This document shows, one piece after another, positions 1-16,540 of a DNA stretch of 64,000 bases. The stretch is from NCBI RefSeq assembly GCF_009914755.1, contig NC_060941.1; one strand, 5' to 3'. Both the position numbers and the translations under genes were made by a program. Positions within the stretch are counted from its first letter, which is position 1. Every line of letters starts with the position of its first letter. Under the pieces are notes generated by a model. That model did no database searches and was not told the DNA's origin. It saw nothing but the letters and a program-made list of their open reading frames with translations. The stretch comes from the human T2T-CHM13v2.0 reference genome, Homo sapiens.

Positions 1-346
1 CCTGTCTTTGCTTTTTGCTCCTTGGTCCAAGCAAGCTCATTTCTTCTCTCTCTTCAAATAAATTACTGGGATTACTAATAGAGAGACAGACAGACAGACA
101 GACAGAGACAGAGAGAGAGAGAGATCTTGCTAGCCATAAATCCAACGATTCTCTAAATAAGGCGAACTCTTCATTTACTCATCAACAGATAATTGTTATG
201 CACAGTTGCAGGAGCTGGGGATACAGAGGTGAAGAGAATCCCCTGCCTCCAAGGAGCTTGCTGTCTAGAGAGGGGAGCAGACTTCAAGTGAATAAATGAA
301 CACTACTGGGCACTTCCTATTGTCTAGGAATTTCTACTAGGAGCGC

Positions 347-1050
<704 letters not shown>

Positions 1051-1425
1051 TTCACTGAGGTGGATAAGTGATAAGGACCTTCACCGCTCAACAGGAGCTG
1101 CCAGATACCCTTCAAGACTTTCCAAGAGGGAACCAAGCTGGTCCTTTGCCCCTCACTCCCTCCCCACTGATACCAGAGGACCGTATTCCTTGGGAGGGGA
1201 GCTACCCAGGCAACAGGTCAACAGGTTATGAGAAGACAAGTTTGTCTTTAACCCCACCTGTGTTTTCCCCTTCACCCACACCCCCCCAACCCCAACCAGA
1301 AGATCCTTCCAAGAAATCAAGGCTGCCTGCAGGATGGCCCTCTCCCTCCCCAGAAGCCTGGCTGGCACTCCACAGCTCCAGGAGCAGAGTGTGGGGTCCT
1401 GGAGTTCGGGCGCAGTAACCCTGAG

Positions 1426-1660
1426 CAGGGTTACTCAGCCACAGCACGATTGACTTTTTCAGCCAGGTATTCCTCTGGGGGGTGAGGGGGCTGTCCTGTG
1501 TATGGTACAATGTGTAGCAGCATCCCTGGCCTCTACCCCCTAAATCATAGTGGCACACATCCAACCCCCAGCTGTGACAATAAAAAATGTCTTCGGGTGT
1601 TGCCAAATGTCCCCCGGGGTCACCCTCCCACCCCCACCCCACCCCTTAACCCAAACCATG
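1426..1660. mobile_element. MER20 (hAT-Charlie) element
   Basis: GGGGCTGTCCTGTG...AGCAGCATCCCTGGCCTCTACCC...GTGACAATAAAAAATGTCT...TTGCCAAATGTCCCC. Confidence 0.8.
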
Positions 1661-1753
1661 TGTCCAGAGCCTGTTACCTATTTCTAGCCTGGAGAATTAG
1701 GGGTGAGGAAACTGCTCTGTGCTTGCAGTAGTGGGGCAAAACTGCGTAGAGAT

Positions 1754-1883
1754 GGAGCAGGCCTCCTTCCCACTGTTGACCAGACGGAGCGGGCCCGCCT
1801 TCCCACCCTCTGACCAGGCGGAGCGGCCCCGCTTCCCACTCTTGACCAGGCGGAGCAGGCCTCCTTCCCACTGTCTGACCAGG
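1754..1883. repeat. ~33-bp GC-rich tandem repeat x4 (GGAGCAGGCCTCCTTCCCACTGTTGACCAGAC variants)
   Basis: Four diverged adjacent copies read directly. Confidence 0.85.
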
Positions 1884-2525
1884 AGAGTTTCCCAAAAGCC
1901 AAGTAGAAACTGGAAGAAAGCGGGGGTCAAGCAGCCTTGAAGAAGCCCCGGGGGCAAGGGAACCCGTCACCAGAGGCTGAGATGCGCCTCTGGAGAGGAT
2001 CAAGAGGCCGGCCTGAGGATGTATTACAAACGGGCTCCCGGGAAATCCTCCGATGCCCAGATCTGGAGAGGATCAAAGCAGAAGGATGACGGAGAAAGAG
2101 AAGAGAGCCCTCCTTCCACCTGCCAGCACCTGCACTGCAGGGAAGAGGGGGGGTGGAATTGGAAAAAAGAATGAAAGTTGGATTTAGGTCGGGCACAGTG
2201 GCTCACGCCTGTGATCCCAGCACTTTGGGAAGCCAAAGCAGGAAGCTCAAAGCTCACTTGAGCCCAAGGAATTTGAGACCAGCCTGGGCCACATGGCGAG
2301 CGCCGTGTCTCTACTAAAAATAAAAAAATTAGCAGGGTGTGGTGGTGCGTGCCTGTACTCCCAGCTACGGAGGCCGGGCAGGTTGGGGGACTGAGGTAGG
2401 AGGATCGCTTGAACCTGGCGGGTGGAGTTGCAGTGAGCCTTGATTGCGACACTGCACTCCATCCTGGGGGACACAGCAGACCTTGTCTCAGAAAAAAAAA
2501 GGAAAGAAACTCGGATTTATAGATC

Positions 2526-2967
2526 TAGTAGGTTGAATGATGGCCTGAAAAATATATGTCCACATCCTAATTCCCAGAACCTGTGACTGTGACTTTATTT
2601 GGTAAAAGGGTCTTTGCAGACATAATTAAATTGAGGCTGTCATGATGAGATCATCCTGGACATTTCGTAGGCCCTAAATCCAATGACAAGCATCATTATA
2701 AGATGTACGTAGAGACTAGAAGGCGGCCCTAGGAAGATGGAGGCAGAGATTGGAGTGATGCAGCCACACGCCCAGGGACACCTGGGGCCCCCAGAAACGG
2801 GAGGAAGGAAGGACGGATTCTCCCCTGCAGCCTCCAGAGGGAGGACCACCCTGCTGACACCTTGATTTCAGCCTTCCGGCCGCCGGACTGTGAAATAATA
2901 CATCCATTTTGTTTTAAGTCAGCCAGTTTGTGGTAATTTACTAGGGCAGCCCCAGGAAACAAATGCA
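2526..2967 (+). mobile_element. MLT1 MaLR LTR
   Basis: GGTTGAATGATGGCC...ATATGTCCACATCCTAATTCCCAGAACCTGTGA start and TTTGTGGTAATTTACTAGGGCAGCCCCAGGAAACAAATGCA end. Confidence 0.8.
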
Positions 2968-3029
2968 ACAGGAGACTAGAATTTGCTCGAGTGGAGACAG
3001 TCTTCAGCAAAGTCTACTTTTCATTCTGA

Positions 3030-3146
<117 letters not shown>

Positions 3147-3337
3147 TGAGTAGCTGGGACTACAGGCGCATGACACCACGTCCGGCTAGTTTTTTGTATT
3201 TTTAGTAGAGATGGGGTTTCACCATGTTAGCCAGGATGGTCTTGATCTCCTGACCTCGTGATCTGCCCGCCTCGGCCTCCCAAAGTGATGGGATTACAGG
3301 CGTGAGCCCCCACACCCGGCTGTTTTGTGTGTTTTAA

Positions 3338-3502
<165 letters not shown>

Positions 3503-3776
3503 TGATTAGCTGAGACTACAAGCACGTACCACTACACCCAGCTGGTCTCAAACTCCTGAGCTCAAGTGACCTGCCTGCCTCGGCCTCACAAACTGTTGGG
3601 ATTACAGGCGTGAGCCACCATGCCCAGTCATGCTGCATGCTTTTAAAAATTGAGGCAAAATTCATATAACATACAATTAACCATTCTAACATGTATCATT
3701 CAGAGCATTCGCAATGTTATCCAACCACCACCTCTCTCTAGTTTCAAAACGTTTTTCAATCACCCCATAAGAATTT

Positions 3777-4205
3777 TGATGGTTAATTTTGAGTGTAAGT
3801 TTGACTGGATAAGGGATGCCCAGGTGGCTAGTTAGGCATTATTTGGGGGTGTGTCTGAGAGGGTGTTTCTGGAAAGGATTTGCGTTTGAATCGTGGACTG
3901 AGTGAAGGTCACCCTCACCAATGTGAGTGGGCACATCATCCAGTCAGGTAGGGACACAGCAAAAAGGAGGGGAAGGATGAACTTGCTCTCTGGTCTTGAG
4001 CTGGGGCATCCACCCTCTCCTGTCCTCGAACAGTGAAACTCCTGGTTCTCTGGCTTTTGGACTGAATTCTGTCACTGGCTCTCTGGTTCTCCAGCTGGCA
4101 GGTGGCAGATTGTGATACTTCTCAGCCCTCGTAATCGTGTAAGCCAATTCCCGTAATAAACCTCCACATACAAGGAAGATAATAGAAGAACATTCTTTTT
4201 CTCTG
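3777..4205 (+). mobile_element. MLT2 (ERVL) LTR
   Basis: TGATGGTTAATTTTGAGTGTAAGTTTGACTGG...GGGTGTGTCTGAGAGGGTGTTTCTGGAA signature. Confidence 0.8.
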
Positions 4206-5035
4206 AGCACTGTCGACAGGGGTGGGGCAAGAATATTGTATGTCCATGAAATAGTCACTCCCAATGTCGCCCTCCCTGCAACTCCTGCAACCGTTAACCC
4301 GCCTTCTGTCTCCATGGATTTGCCCATTTGTATTCTTCCAAAACTTACAGGATTCTGGCTGCACATTCGAGGGATTTGTACGGGTGGTCACGTTAGACCA
4401 TTGTTTGTTTTTCATTGCCATATAATATTCCATCATGAAACTCAACCACTTTTTTTTTTTTTTTCTTGAGAGAGGGTCTCATTCTGTCACCAGGCTGCAG
4501 TGCAGTGGTGCATCCTGGCTCATTGCAGCCTAGAAATCCCAGGCTTAAGTGATCCTCCGGCCTCAGCTTCCTGAGTAGCTGGGACTGTGGGTGCACCACC
4601 ACACCTGGCTAATTTTTTTAAAAAATTAGGCCAGGCATGGTGGCTCAGGCCTGTAATCCCAGCACTTCGGGAGGCCGAGGTGGGCAGATCATGAGGTCAG
4701 GAGTTCGAGACCAACCTGATCAACATGGTGAAACCCGTCTCTACCAAAAATACCAAAATTAGCAACATGATGGCACGCACCTGTAATCCCTGCTACTGAG
4801 GAGGCTGAGGCAGGAGAATCACTTGAACCCAGGAGGAGGAGGTCACAGTGAGCTGGGCAACAGAATGAGACTCTCTCTCAAAGAAAAAAAAAAATTTGGA
4901 GAGATAGGGTCTTCCTATGTTGCCCAGGCTGGTCTTGAACTCTTGGCCTTGAGTGATCCTCCTGCCTCAGCCTCCCAAAGTGCTGGGATTACAAGTGTAA
5001 GCCACCACACCAGAACTCAACCCCATTTTTTTTAG

Positions 5036-5251
<216 letters not shown>

Positions 5252-5441
5252 TGATCCGCCCGCCTCAGCCTCTCAAGGTGCTGGGATTACAGGCATGAGC
5301 TGCCATGTCCAGCTCTCAACCACTTTTTAAATTTTTTCCTTCTGTTGATGAATTTGTGCAACTTAAAAAAAATTTTCAGGCCAGGCATAGTGGCTTACAC
5401 CTGTAATCCCAGCACTTTGGGAGGCCGAGGCAGGTGGATCA

Positions 5442-5792
<351 letters not shown>

Positions 5793-8080
5793 TTATGTAT
5801 CCTTTTAGCAGTATTCCAGGCACATACATATATGCATAGATGGCACCTTTTTTACACACGTGTTTATGTGGTAAGTATTGATTGAAAGCCTGCTGTATGC
5901 CAGGCACTACTTTAGGTGATGGGGGTACAGCCGGGAACAAAACAAAGTTTCCAGCTTTCCTGTTTCTAATAGAAAGAGAAAGTGCTACACAGATAAACAG
6001 ATGTACATGTCAAGCTGCACTCGTGCTGTGGAGGGGAGTAAGCACAGCAAAGGGACACAGGGGAAAGGTCAGGAAAGGCTTCTCTGATAAGGTAACACGT
6101 GAACAAAGCAAGGACAGCCAGGGCAAGAGTGTTCCAGGTGCCGGAGAAACAGCAAGGAGGTCCTGGGGTTGGGGTGGAGCACGGGGGCAGCAGATGTTAG
6201 CAAACCGCACACACCGCGCCTCGCTCCCTCTCCATGAACAGTCTTGGCCTTTGTTCCACATCAGCCTAAAATGAGCTGCCTCGTTCTTTTTTAGAGGCAG
6301 CCAAGTAGTCCACCATATGGAGGTAGTACAATTTGCTTAACTAGTTGTAGAGTTTTTCTTTTCCTTTTTTTTTTTAAGGTATGAAGTGAAAATCAGGAAG
6401 CGGTTGGAGTGAGTTCTCAAAGGAGGAAGAGGGAAGCACAGACCTGCTCTTCACAGTTGCAAAGCCTGGGGCAAGAGCAGGCACAGCGGCCCACGCACCT
6501 TATGTCTAAATATTAAAAGTTATGACAAACTGTTAAGTGAAATATGCACTGTTCTCCTACCTTGACGAATATACTTTCGTAACAACCTGGAAGGTCAGAT
6601 TTAAATTTCGAATTTCAGATTCTTCAGGGTTCTGCAGCCTGCCCCAGGCCTGCACCTCCTCTTCCTACTTCCAGCTCCAGCACTGAGAAGGTCCCGTGAG
6701 CACTTGGGTGTGGACGCCTGAGCCTGCCCTGTGCAGTTTCCATCCATGCTGCCCTTGGGCCTAAGGGTGCTCCGGAGGAAAGACCCAGGAAAGAGGCCCA
6801 CATAGGCCCTACAAGCAGGCTGAGGCTATTTGGGCAAGAAACTCCGAGGTCCCAGGTACTCGGATTGTGGGCTAGAAGGAAGGAGGGGGGATAGGCTCTA
6901 CGTGGGTGAGACCCCTCGATTCCACGTGATTCCCATCTCTCAGGGAGAGATACAGCTGGAGTGGAGACAGCAGGATCCGATGGAGCACGGGACAGAGGGA
7001 AGGGACTCCTCTTGCCCACATCGAAGGCTGGTGCTGCAGAAGTGTGGACACTGCTTGTCTGCCTTGGGGAAGACACTCACAGTGTGGGCAGGACAGAGTG
7101 GAAAGCTGGAATCAGCAGCCGGGCCAGCTGGAGGGACCCAGGCTGAGCACACAGCAGGAAAGCCATGAACCGTAAGCCCTGCCCAGGGCTTGCCCACATC
7201 AGTGCCAACCAAAGGGGAAAACCTGGTCCTTCTTGGGAAAGAAACTTCCACTCTGGAGAATGTTCGAAGAGCTCATAACAATAATAGTCTCTGAAACCAC
7301 AAAGACAAAGTATAAACAAGGAAGCCGACACCAACAGTGAAGATGCCACCATCTCGCTGGTTGGTCAACAAATATCATTGTAAAGTCTACCACTCTCTTG
7401 CAGGATTCGTGGAACTGGGAACATGCGTTCTGGCCACATTTGGTGACTGACTAGCATTGTGAGGTTGAGCAATTCACTTACATCATTGTAAAGTCTACCG
7501 CTCTCTTGCAGGATATGTGGAACTAGGAACACGGGTTCCAACCCATTTGGTGACTGACTAGCATTGTGAGGTTGAGCGATTCACTTACATCTCTGTGTAT
7601 CAGTTTCCTCATCTATCCAACAGGAGTATACTTGCCCAATCTCTTTCAGAGTTACGAGCATCGGTTCCATTCCCCTTGCTTTGCTCATTTAGCCACTCAC
7701 AGAACGTCAGCTCTGTGCCAAGAGCTGGGCAGGTCTGCAAGAGCAGAAATAAAGACATCGTACTTTCTCATACTTTCTGACCTCAAGGAACTTGGTCCGA
7801 CTGAGGAGACAAACAGCTGTGCTCCAAGAGCTGCCCATTCCTTGTGCTGTTGCAGGCTTAGAAGCATTTTCCAGATAAATAAATCGAAGTTAAGATAGAA
7901 TGAGGCCGGGCACAGTGGCTCTCGCCTGTAATCCCAGCACTTTTGGGAAGCCAAGGCAGGCAGATCACTTGAGGCCAGGAGTTCAAGACCAGCCTGGCCA
8001 ACATGGTGAAATCCTGTCTCTACTGAAAATACAAAAATTAGCTGGGCGTGGTGGCGCACGCCTGTAGTCCCAGCTACTCA

Positions 8081-8209
<129 letters not shown>

Positions 8210-8529
8210 TTAAGATAGAGAGTTGTTCTTTTAAAGTAAGGGGGGAAGCATTTTATTTCTGTGCTAAATTATGGTTTTCAAAAAGGTCAAATCATGCCTT
8301 TGATGTAAAATTTTATTCAACACTTTGACGAAGAAACCAATAAGATGTTAAAACTGGTTCAAATAATTTGAAGGAAAGAAATGTATATATTATACACAAA
8401 CATATATAGTATCTATAAACATATATATACCATATAAACATCTATTGTATATATAAACATATTATTTTTATACATTTTATATAGGTATATAATATGTATT
8501 ATGTGTGTCTTTATATATAAACATAAACA

Positions 8530-8984
<455 letters not shown>

Positions 8985-9801
8985 TTACCAATGGCATAAA
9001 CAGTCGATGAACATGTTTTTTGTATATGTATCATATACAGTAAAGTAAATAAAATGTTATTAAGAAAATCAGAGAGAAAACACATTGACAGTGCTGTACT
9101 GACACTGATTACTGTAAGTTTATATCATCTGTCTACAAGATGAATGGTCTGTCTGAAACGGCAGGCCGCCGCAGCTGCAGACCTCAATCTATGGTACATA
9201 TCAGGCAATCCAGCTTTTTCTTGTAATGTCAGGACTTTCCTTTGCTTTTTGGGAGCACTTCCAGCATCATCCGTAGCAGTTCATCTGGGTCCTACGGTGT
9301 TGCTATAAGGCTTAGGGCATTGCACTAAACACAGTGAAAGACGCTGGAGAACTCCAATCGATCACTTTTTCCTGCTGTTCACAACTTACTGGAGAGGTAA
9401 GCTGCTCATGTGGAGATAATTAGCGGGTTTGTTCATGTTTGTTTTTGTTTTTGTTTTGAGACAGAGTCTTGCTCCATCGCCCAGGCTGGAGTGCAGTGGC
9501 ACAGTCATGGCTCGCTGCAGCCTCCAACTCCTGGGCTCAACTGATCCTCTCCTTCAGCCTCCTGAGTAGCTGGGACTACAGGCAGGCGCCACCATGCCTG
9601 GGTAATTTTTTAATTTTTCTTTTGTAGAAAAAATTTCTGGTTTCAAACTCCCAACCTCAAGTGATCCTCCTTCCTCGGGCTCCTAAAGCACTGGGATTAT
9701 AGGCATGAGCCACCGCCTAGATAATTTACTTTGTCACATGACATTTTAAGGGGATATTTGCAACACTTGGGCTGATTAAAATAACAACAGGAGATGGCTA
9801 C

Positions 9802-11216
<1,415 letters not shown>

Positions 11217-12497
11217 TTTGTTTATGTTTCTCTTGACTGCAGGCATGGTCTGTAAATGTGTGGGTAAGTTTTGATACATTTTAACTTTTTAAAGTAGATG
11301 TATGTATATTTTATGGTGGTAAATGATTTTAAAAAACTAGTATTGGGCTAGGTGCAGTGGTTCATGCCTATAATCCTAGTGCTTTGGGAGGCCAAGGCAG
11401 GAGGATTGCTTCAGGCCTGGTGTTCAAGACCAGCCTGAGAAACATAGCAAGACTCTGTCTCTTGTAGAGAAAATTTTCTAGAATTTTCCTTGATAGGAAC
11501 TATTCTTGACAGCTCCTGGTGCCCATGTCGTGGGGGCACCGTTCATTCTTTTGCTGATATTTGACATCCCACATATGACTATATCGCTGAGTTCTTTCCC
11601 TTTGTTTTTTCTTTTTTTGAGATGGAGTCTCAACATAGTGAGACCCTGTCTCTACAAAAATAAAATAAAATAAAAGATGTAAAAATTAGCCAGGTGTGGT
11701 GGCCTGCAACTGTAGTCCCAGCTACCTGGGAGGCTGAAGCAGGAGGACAGCTTGACCTTAGGAGTTGGAGGCTGCAGTGAGTGATTGTTTCATTGCACTC
11801 TAGCCTGGGCAACAGAGCAAGACCCTATCTCTTAAAATAATACACTAGTGCTACATATATTTTATGCGTTCATGACCTACCTTTTTCTTCCTTTTTTCAA
11901 TATTTCCAGGCTAAGCAGTTCATCTTCTAGTTTTTTCAAATTGTTACAAATCTCCAAAAAATTTTCCAATATATGTATTGAAAAAAATCCACATGTAAGT
12001 GAACCCACACAGTTCAAACCCATGTTGTTCAAGGCCAAATATATTAGAGAAATGCTGAAATGAAGTTGCTAATAAATGCAAAGTGGTTAACACCCATAAT
12101 ATCCTACAGTACAATAAAATGTAATGTTTTGAGATTATCTTTTCTCCAGGATAGAATTGTATCTTTGCCAGACAAAATTGTATCTTTGCCAGACAAAATT
12201 CATTTGTATTCTTGTAGGTAAGAATCACTTGCATTACTGTAAGTTTTTTTACAGCTTAGCTTTTATCCCTATGGAGTTGTAAAATAGCCTAGTTATTAGA
12301 AAGGTAAGTCAAGGTGCACCCCATAGAATCATAATCCCCAAGAGTTAGGAGGGCAACACCTGGCATTCCACAGAAAGGACACCCAGCATTCTCTTTTGCC
12401 CATTTCCAAATCTTGAACGACATTGCCCCTGATTGTATTGGTAACCTTCTTTTTTTTTTTTTTTTTTTTTTTTTTGAGACAGGGTCTCACTCTGTCA

Positions 12498-12662
<165 letters not shown>

Positions 12663-12861
12663 TTATCTTTTCCTTAAACAAGCATGAACCCGCTATCCAA
12701 ACCAAGAAGTCAAACATAACCAACCGTCTCATCGTCCTGTGCACCCCTCCCTTCCCCGACTCCCCAACCCCCACCAAGAGGTCACCACTGTCCCTGCCCT
12801 ACAGTTTACACTTTTTGTTGCACTGTAAAATATCGTTGTATCATAAATACATTTGTGTTAA

Positions 12862-13002
<141 letters not shown>

Positions 13003-13829
13003 TGATTATAGGCATACGCTGCCATGCCCGGCTAAGTTTTTGTATTTTAGTAGAAATGGGGTTTCACCATGTTGCCCAGGCTGGCCTCGAACTCCTGAGC
13101 TCAGGCAATCCATCTGCCTCGACCTCCCAAAGTGCTAGGATTACAGGCGTGAGCCACCGTGCCTGGCCCCTTTTTTTAATTTAATATTGTTTCCAAGGTT
13201 CATCCGTGTTGTGGGGGCATAGATCATCCTTTTGCTGATGTATAATATTCCATGTGTGACTATATCACTGAGTGGTTCCAGCTTTTTGCTACTATGAGCT
13301 ATGCTGATATGAACATTTTTGATGGCTCCTGGTGCCCATATGCAAGAATTTCACTTGGATGTGTCTTTTTTTTTCTTTCTTAAACATTCAGTTGGTGCCA
13401 AGCTTGGGTATATCTTAAGGACTGGGGTTCTCAGAGATCCTGCCGTCCTCAGGACACTGGCTCTGCCTTCCAATTAGCTCCTGTCACTGTAGCGAGATGT
13501 TTGCCACAGACCCAGGCAACACATCCATGGCCGACCGTGCCCAGCAGCAGAAGAGGAGCGTGTCTCCTCCCTTTGATGAAGGAGCAAACCTTTCCCTGGA
13601 GCCTCAGGTAGATGATCTTGAACTCTAATTGGCCAGGAGTGGGTAACAGGTTATTTCTCAAACATATTACTGACAAAGAGAATGGGATGACCATAATGAC
13701 TCCAGCCAATCAGGATTCTCTTGTGAAGATACGGGGCGGCTGTAGGTGGGCACAGGGACCAGAACAAGATCAGAGCTCTGCAGGAAGGGGGCAAAGGTTG
13801 GGTGGGCAATTGCAGCTGACAATGTCTTC

Positions 13830-14522
13830 TCCACCTCCATCCCCCGCCATTCCCCTCTACCTGCAGAAAGCTTCTTCCAGACACCTGTGACTCTGCCTGA
13901 GGCTTTTCTCCACTTGCATTTTTGGCCCACGCAGAAGAAGCCAGAAGTGCTACAGAGTTAGTGCCTCTAGAAGCCACGTTTTCTGAGAGGTGGTGGATAA
14001 TACCCAGCTTCTGAGAGGTGGTGGATAATACCCAGCTTCTGAGAGGTGATACCCAGCTTCTGAGGGGCGGTGGGTGACACCCAGCTTCTGAGAGGTGGTG
14101 GGTGACACCCCGCTTCTGAGAGGTGGTGGGTGATACCCAGCTTCTGAGAGGTGGTGGTCAGCTTCTGAGAGGTGGTGGGTGATACCCAGCTTCTGAGAGG
14201 TGGTGGGTGATACCCAGCTGCTGAGAGGTGGTGGTCAGCTTCTGAGAGGTGGTGGGTGACACCCAGCTTCTGAGAAGCTTCGTTGCCCCTCACTTGGGAT
14301 CACTGGCATGTTTTGGCACCGCCTCCCAGAGTCCTCCCAGAGGACTGAGCTGTGGTTGAGCACAGAGGTAGCTGGCAGGATAATGAAAACTTTATTAACT
14401 GTCCTGCCTTCCCTGTCTCACTTGCCCACTCCTCCACCCGTGTTTCCTAAGACCCTCTCGCAGATAAACTCTGCACTCAATTCCTAGTCTTAGAGTTTGC
14501 ATTTGGGGGAACTCAAACAAAC
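13830..14522 (+). mobile_element. LTR16-like ERVL LTR hosting the 28-bp VNTR
   Basis: 3' part CTTCCCTGTCTCACTTGCCCACTCC...ATAAACTCTGCACTCAATTCCTAGTCTTAGAGTTTGCATTTGGGGGAACTCAAAC resembles the LTR16 end; 5' boundary uncertain. Confidence 0.65.
13978..14276. repeat. 28/21-bp minisatellite CCCAGCTTCTGAGAGGTGGTGGGTGATA, ~11-12 units
   Basis: Directly visible; long and short unit forms are interspersed. Confidence 0.92.
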
Positions 14523-14589
14523 ACAACAACCAACACAGCAGCCAACAGTCCCTGTGCCAGGGATGTGTGAGCAAGATGGGAGACTGGGT

Positions 14590-16540
14590 TGGATGCTGGA
14601 TAGATGGGCTGTTGGCTAAGGATAGAAAATTAGAAGTCATCAGCATGTAGGACATGATTGCAGCTGTGAATGTAGATGAGAATACCTTAATATACAGACA
14701 GAGCTTCAAGAACAGAGTCCTTAGGCCAAGCTCGGAAAACACCAACATTCAGAGGCTTCTCGACATTCCCTTTAGAAGGGAAGGTTTATGTGCAAAGGAG
14801 GCGGAATGGCCTAGAATCACGAGGATGGTGTCCCAAAAGCCGGGCAGATACAACATTTCAAGAAGGAAAGAGTGGTCAGGAGTGTCAAATGTTGCTGGCA
14901 GGTCAGGGACAACAAGGACAAAGGTTGTCCACTGGATTCGATGACTCGGAAGGACACTGGTGACGCTCGATGGCTCGGAAGGACACTGGTGACGCTCGAT
15001 GACTCGGAAGGACACTGGTGACGCTCGATGGCTCGGAAGGACACTGGTGACGCTCGATGGCTCGGAAGGACACTGGTGACGCTCGATGGCTCGGAAGGAC
15101 ACTGGTGACGCTCGATGGCTCGGAAGGACAGTGGTGACGCTCGATGGCTCGGAAGGACACTGGTGACGCTCGATGGCTCGGAAGGACAGTGGTGACGCTC
15201 GATGGCTCGGAAGGACAGTGGTGACGCTCGATGGCTCGGAAGGACAGTGGTGACGCTCGATGGCTCGGAAGGACAGTGGTGACGCTCGATGGCTCGGAAG
15301 GACACTGGTGACGCTCGATGGCTCGGAAGGACACTGGTGACGCTCGATGGCTCGGAAGGACACTGGTGACGCTCGATGGCTCGGAAGGACAGTGGTGACG
15401 CTCGATGGCTCGGAAGGACAGTGGTGACGCTCGATGGCTCGGAAGGACAGTGGTGACGCTCGATGGCTCGGAAGGACAGTGGTGACGCTCGATGGCTCGG
15501 AAGGACAGTGGTGACGCTCGATGGCTCGGAAGGACACTGGTGACGCTCGATGGCTCGGAAGGACACTGGTGACGCTCGATGGCTCGGAAGGACAGTGGTG
15601 ACGCTCGATGGCTCGGAAGGACAGTGGTGACGCTCGATGGCTCGGAAGGACACTGGTGACGCTCGATGGCTCGGAAGGACAGTGGTGACGCTCGATGGCT
15701 CGGAAGGACACTGGTGACGCTCGATGGCTCGGAAGGACAGTGGTGACGCTCGATGGCTCGGAAGGACAGTGGTGACGCTCGATGGCTCGGAAGGACACTG
15801 GTGACGCTCGATGGCTCGGAAGGACAGTGGTGACGCTCGATGGCTCGGAAGGACAGTGGTGACGCTCGATGGCTCGGAAGGACAGTGGTGACGCTCGATG
15901 GCTCGGAAGGACACTGGTGACGCTCGATGGCTCGGAAGGACAGTGGTGACGCTCGATGGCTCGGAAGGACAGTGGTGACGCTCGATGGCTCGGAAGGACA
16001 CTGGTGACGCTCGATGGCTCGGAAGGACACTGGTGACGCTCGATGGCTCGGAAGGACACTGGTGACGCTCGATGGCTCGGAAGGACAGTGGTGACGCTCG
16101 ATGGCTCGGAAGGACAGTGGTGACGCTCGATGGCTCGGAAGGACACTGGTGACGCTCGATGGCTCGGAAGGACACTGGTGACGCTCGATGGCTCGGAAGG
16201 ACAGTGGTGACGCTCGATGGCTCGGAAGGACAGTGGTGACGCTCGATGGCTCGGAAGGACAGTGGTGACGCTCGATGACTCGGAAGGACACTGGTGACGC
16301 TCGATGGCTCGGAAGGACACTGGTGACGCTCGATGGCTCGGAAGGACAGTGGTGACGCTCGATGACTTGGAAGGACAGTGGTGACGTTCGATGGCTTGGA
16401 AGGACAGTGGTGACGTTCGATGGCTTGGAAGGACAGTGGTGACGTTGTAAAGCGGCTTTGATGGCACGATGGTGCCAGAACTACAACTGTAGTGGGCTGA
16501 GAAGGGATGGGTCAGTGAGGAGACAGAGACTGCAAAGGAG
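14590..16540. mobile_element. LINE-2 fragment hosting the 29-bp minisatellite
   Basis: Flanks GAGTGGTCAGGAGTGTCAAATGTTGCTG...GTCCACTGGATT and GGTGACGTTG...TGGGCTGAGAAGGGATGGGTCAGTGAGGAGACAGAGAC resemble contiguous L2 3' consensus as I recall it. Confidence 0.7.
14938..16445. repeat. 29-bp minisatellite GATGGCTCGGAAGGACA[C/G]TGGTGACGCTC, 52 units
   Basis: Counted unit by unit; near-perfect except the C/G site and degenerate terminal units. Confidence 0.97.
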
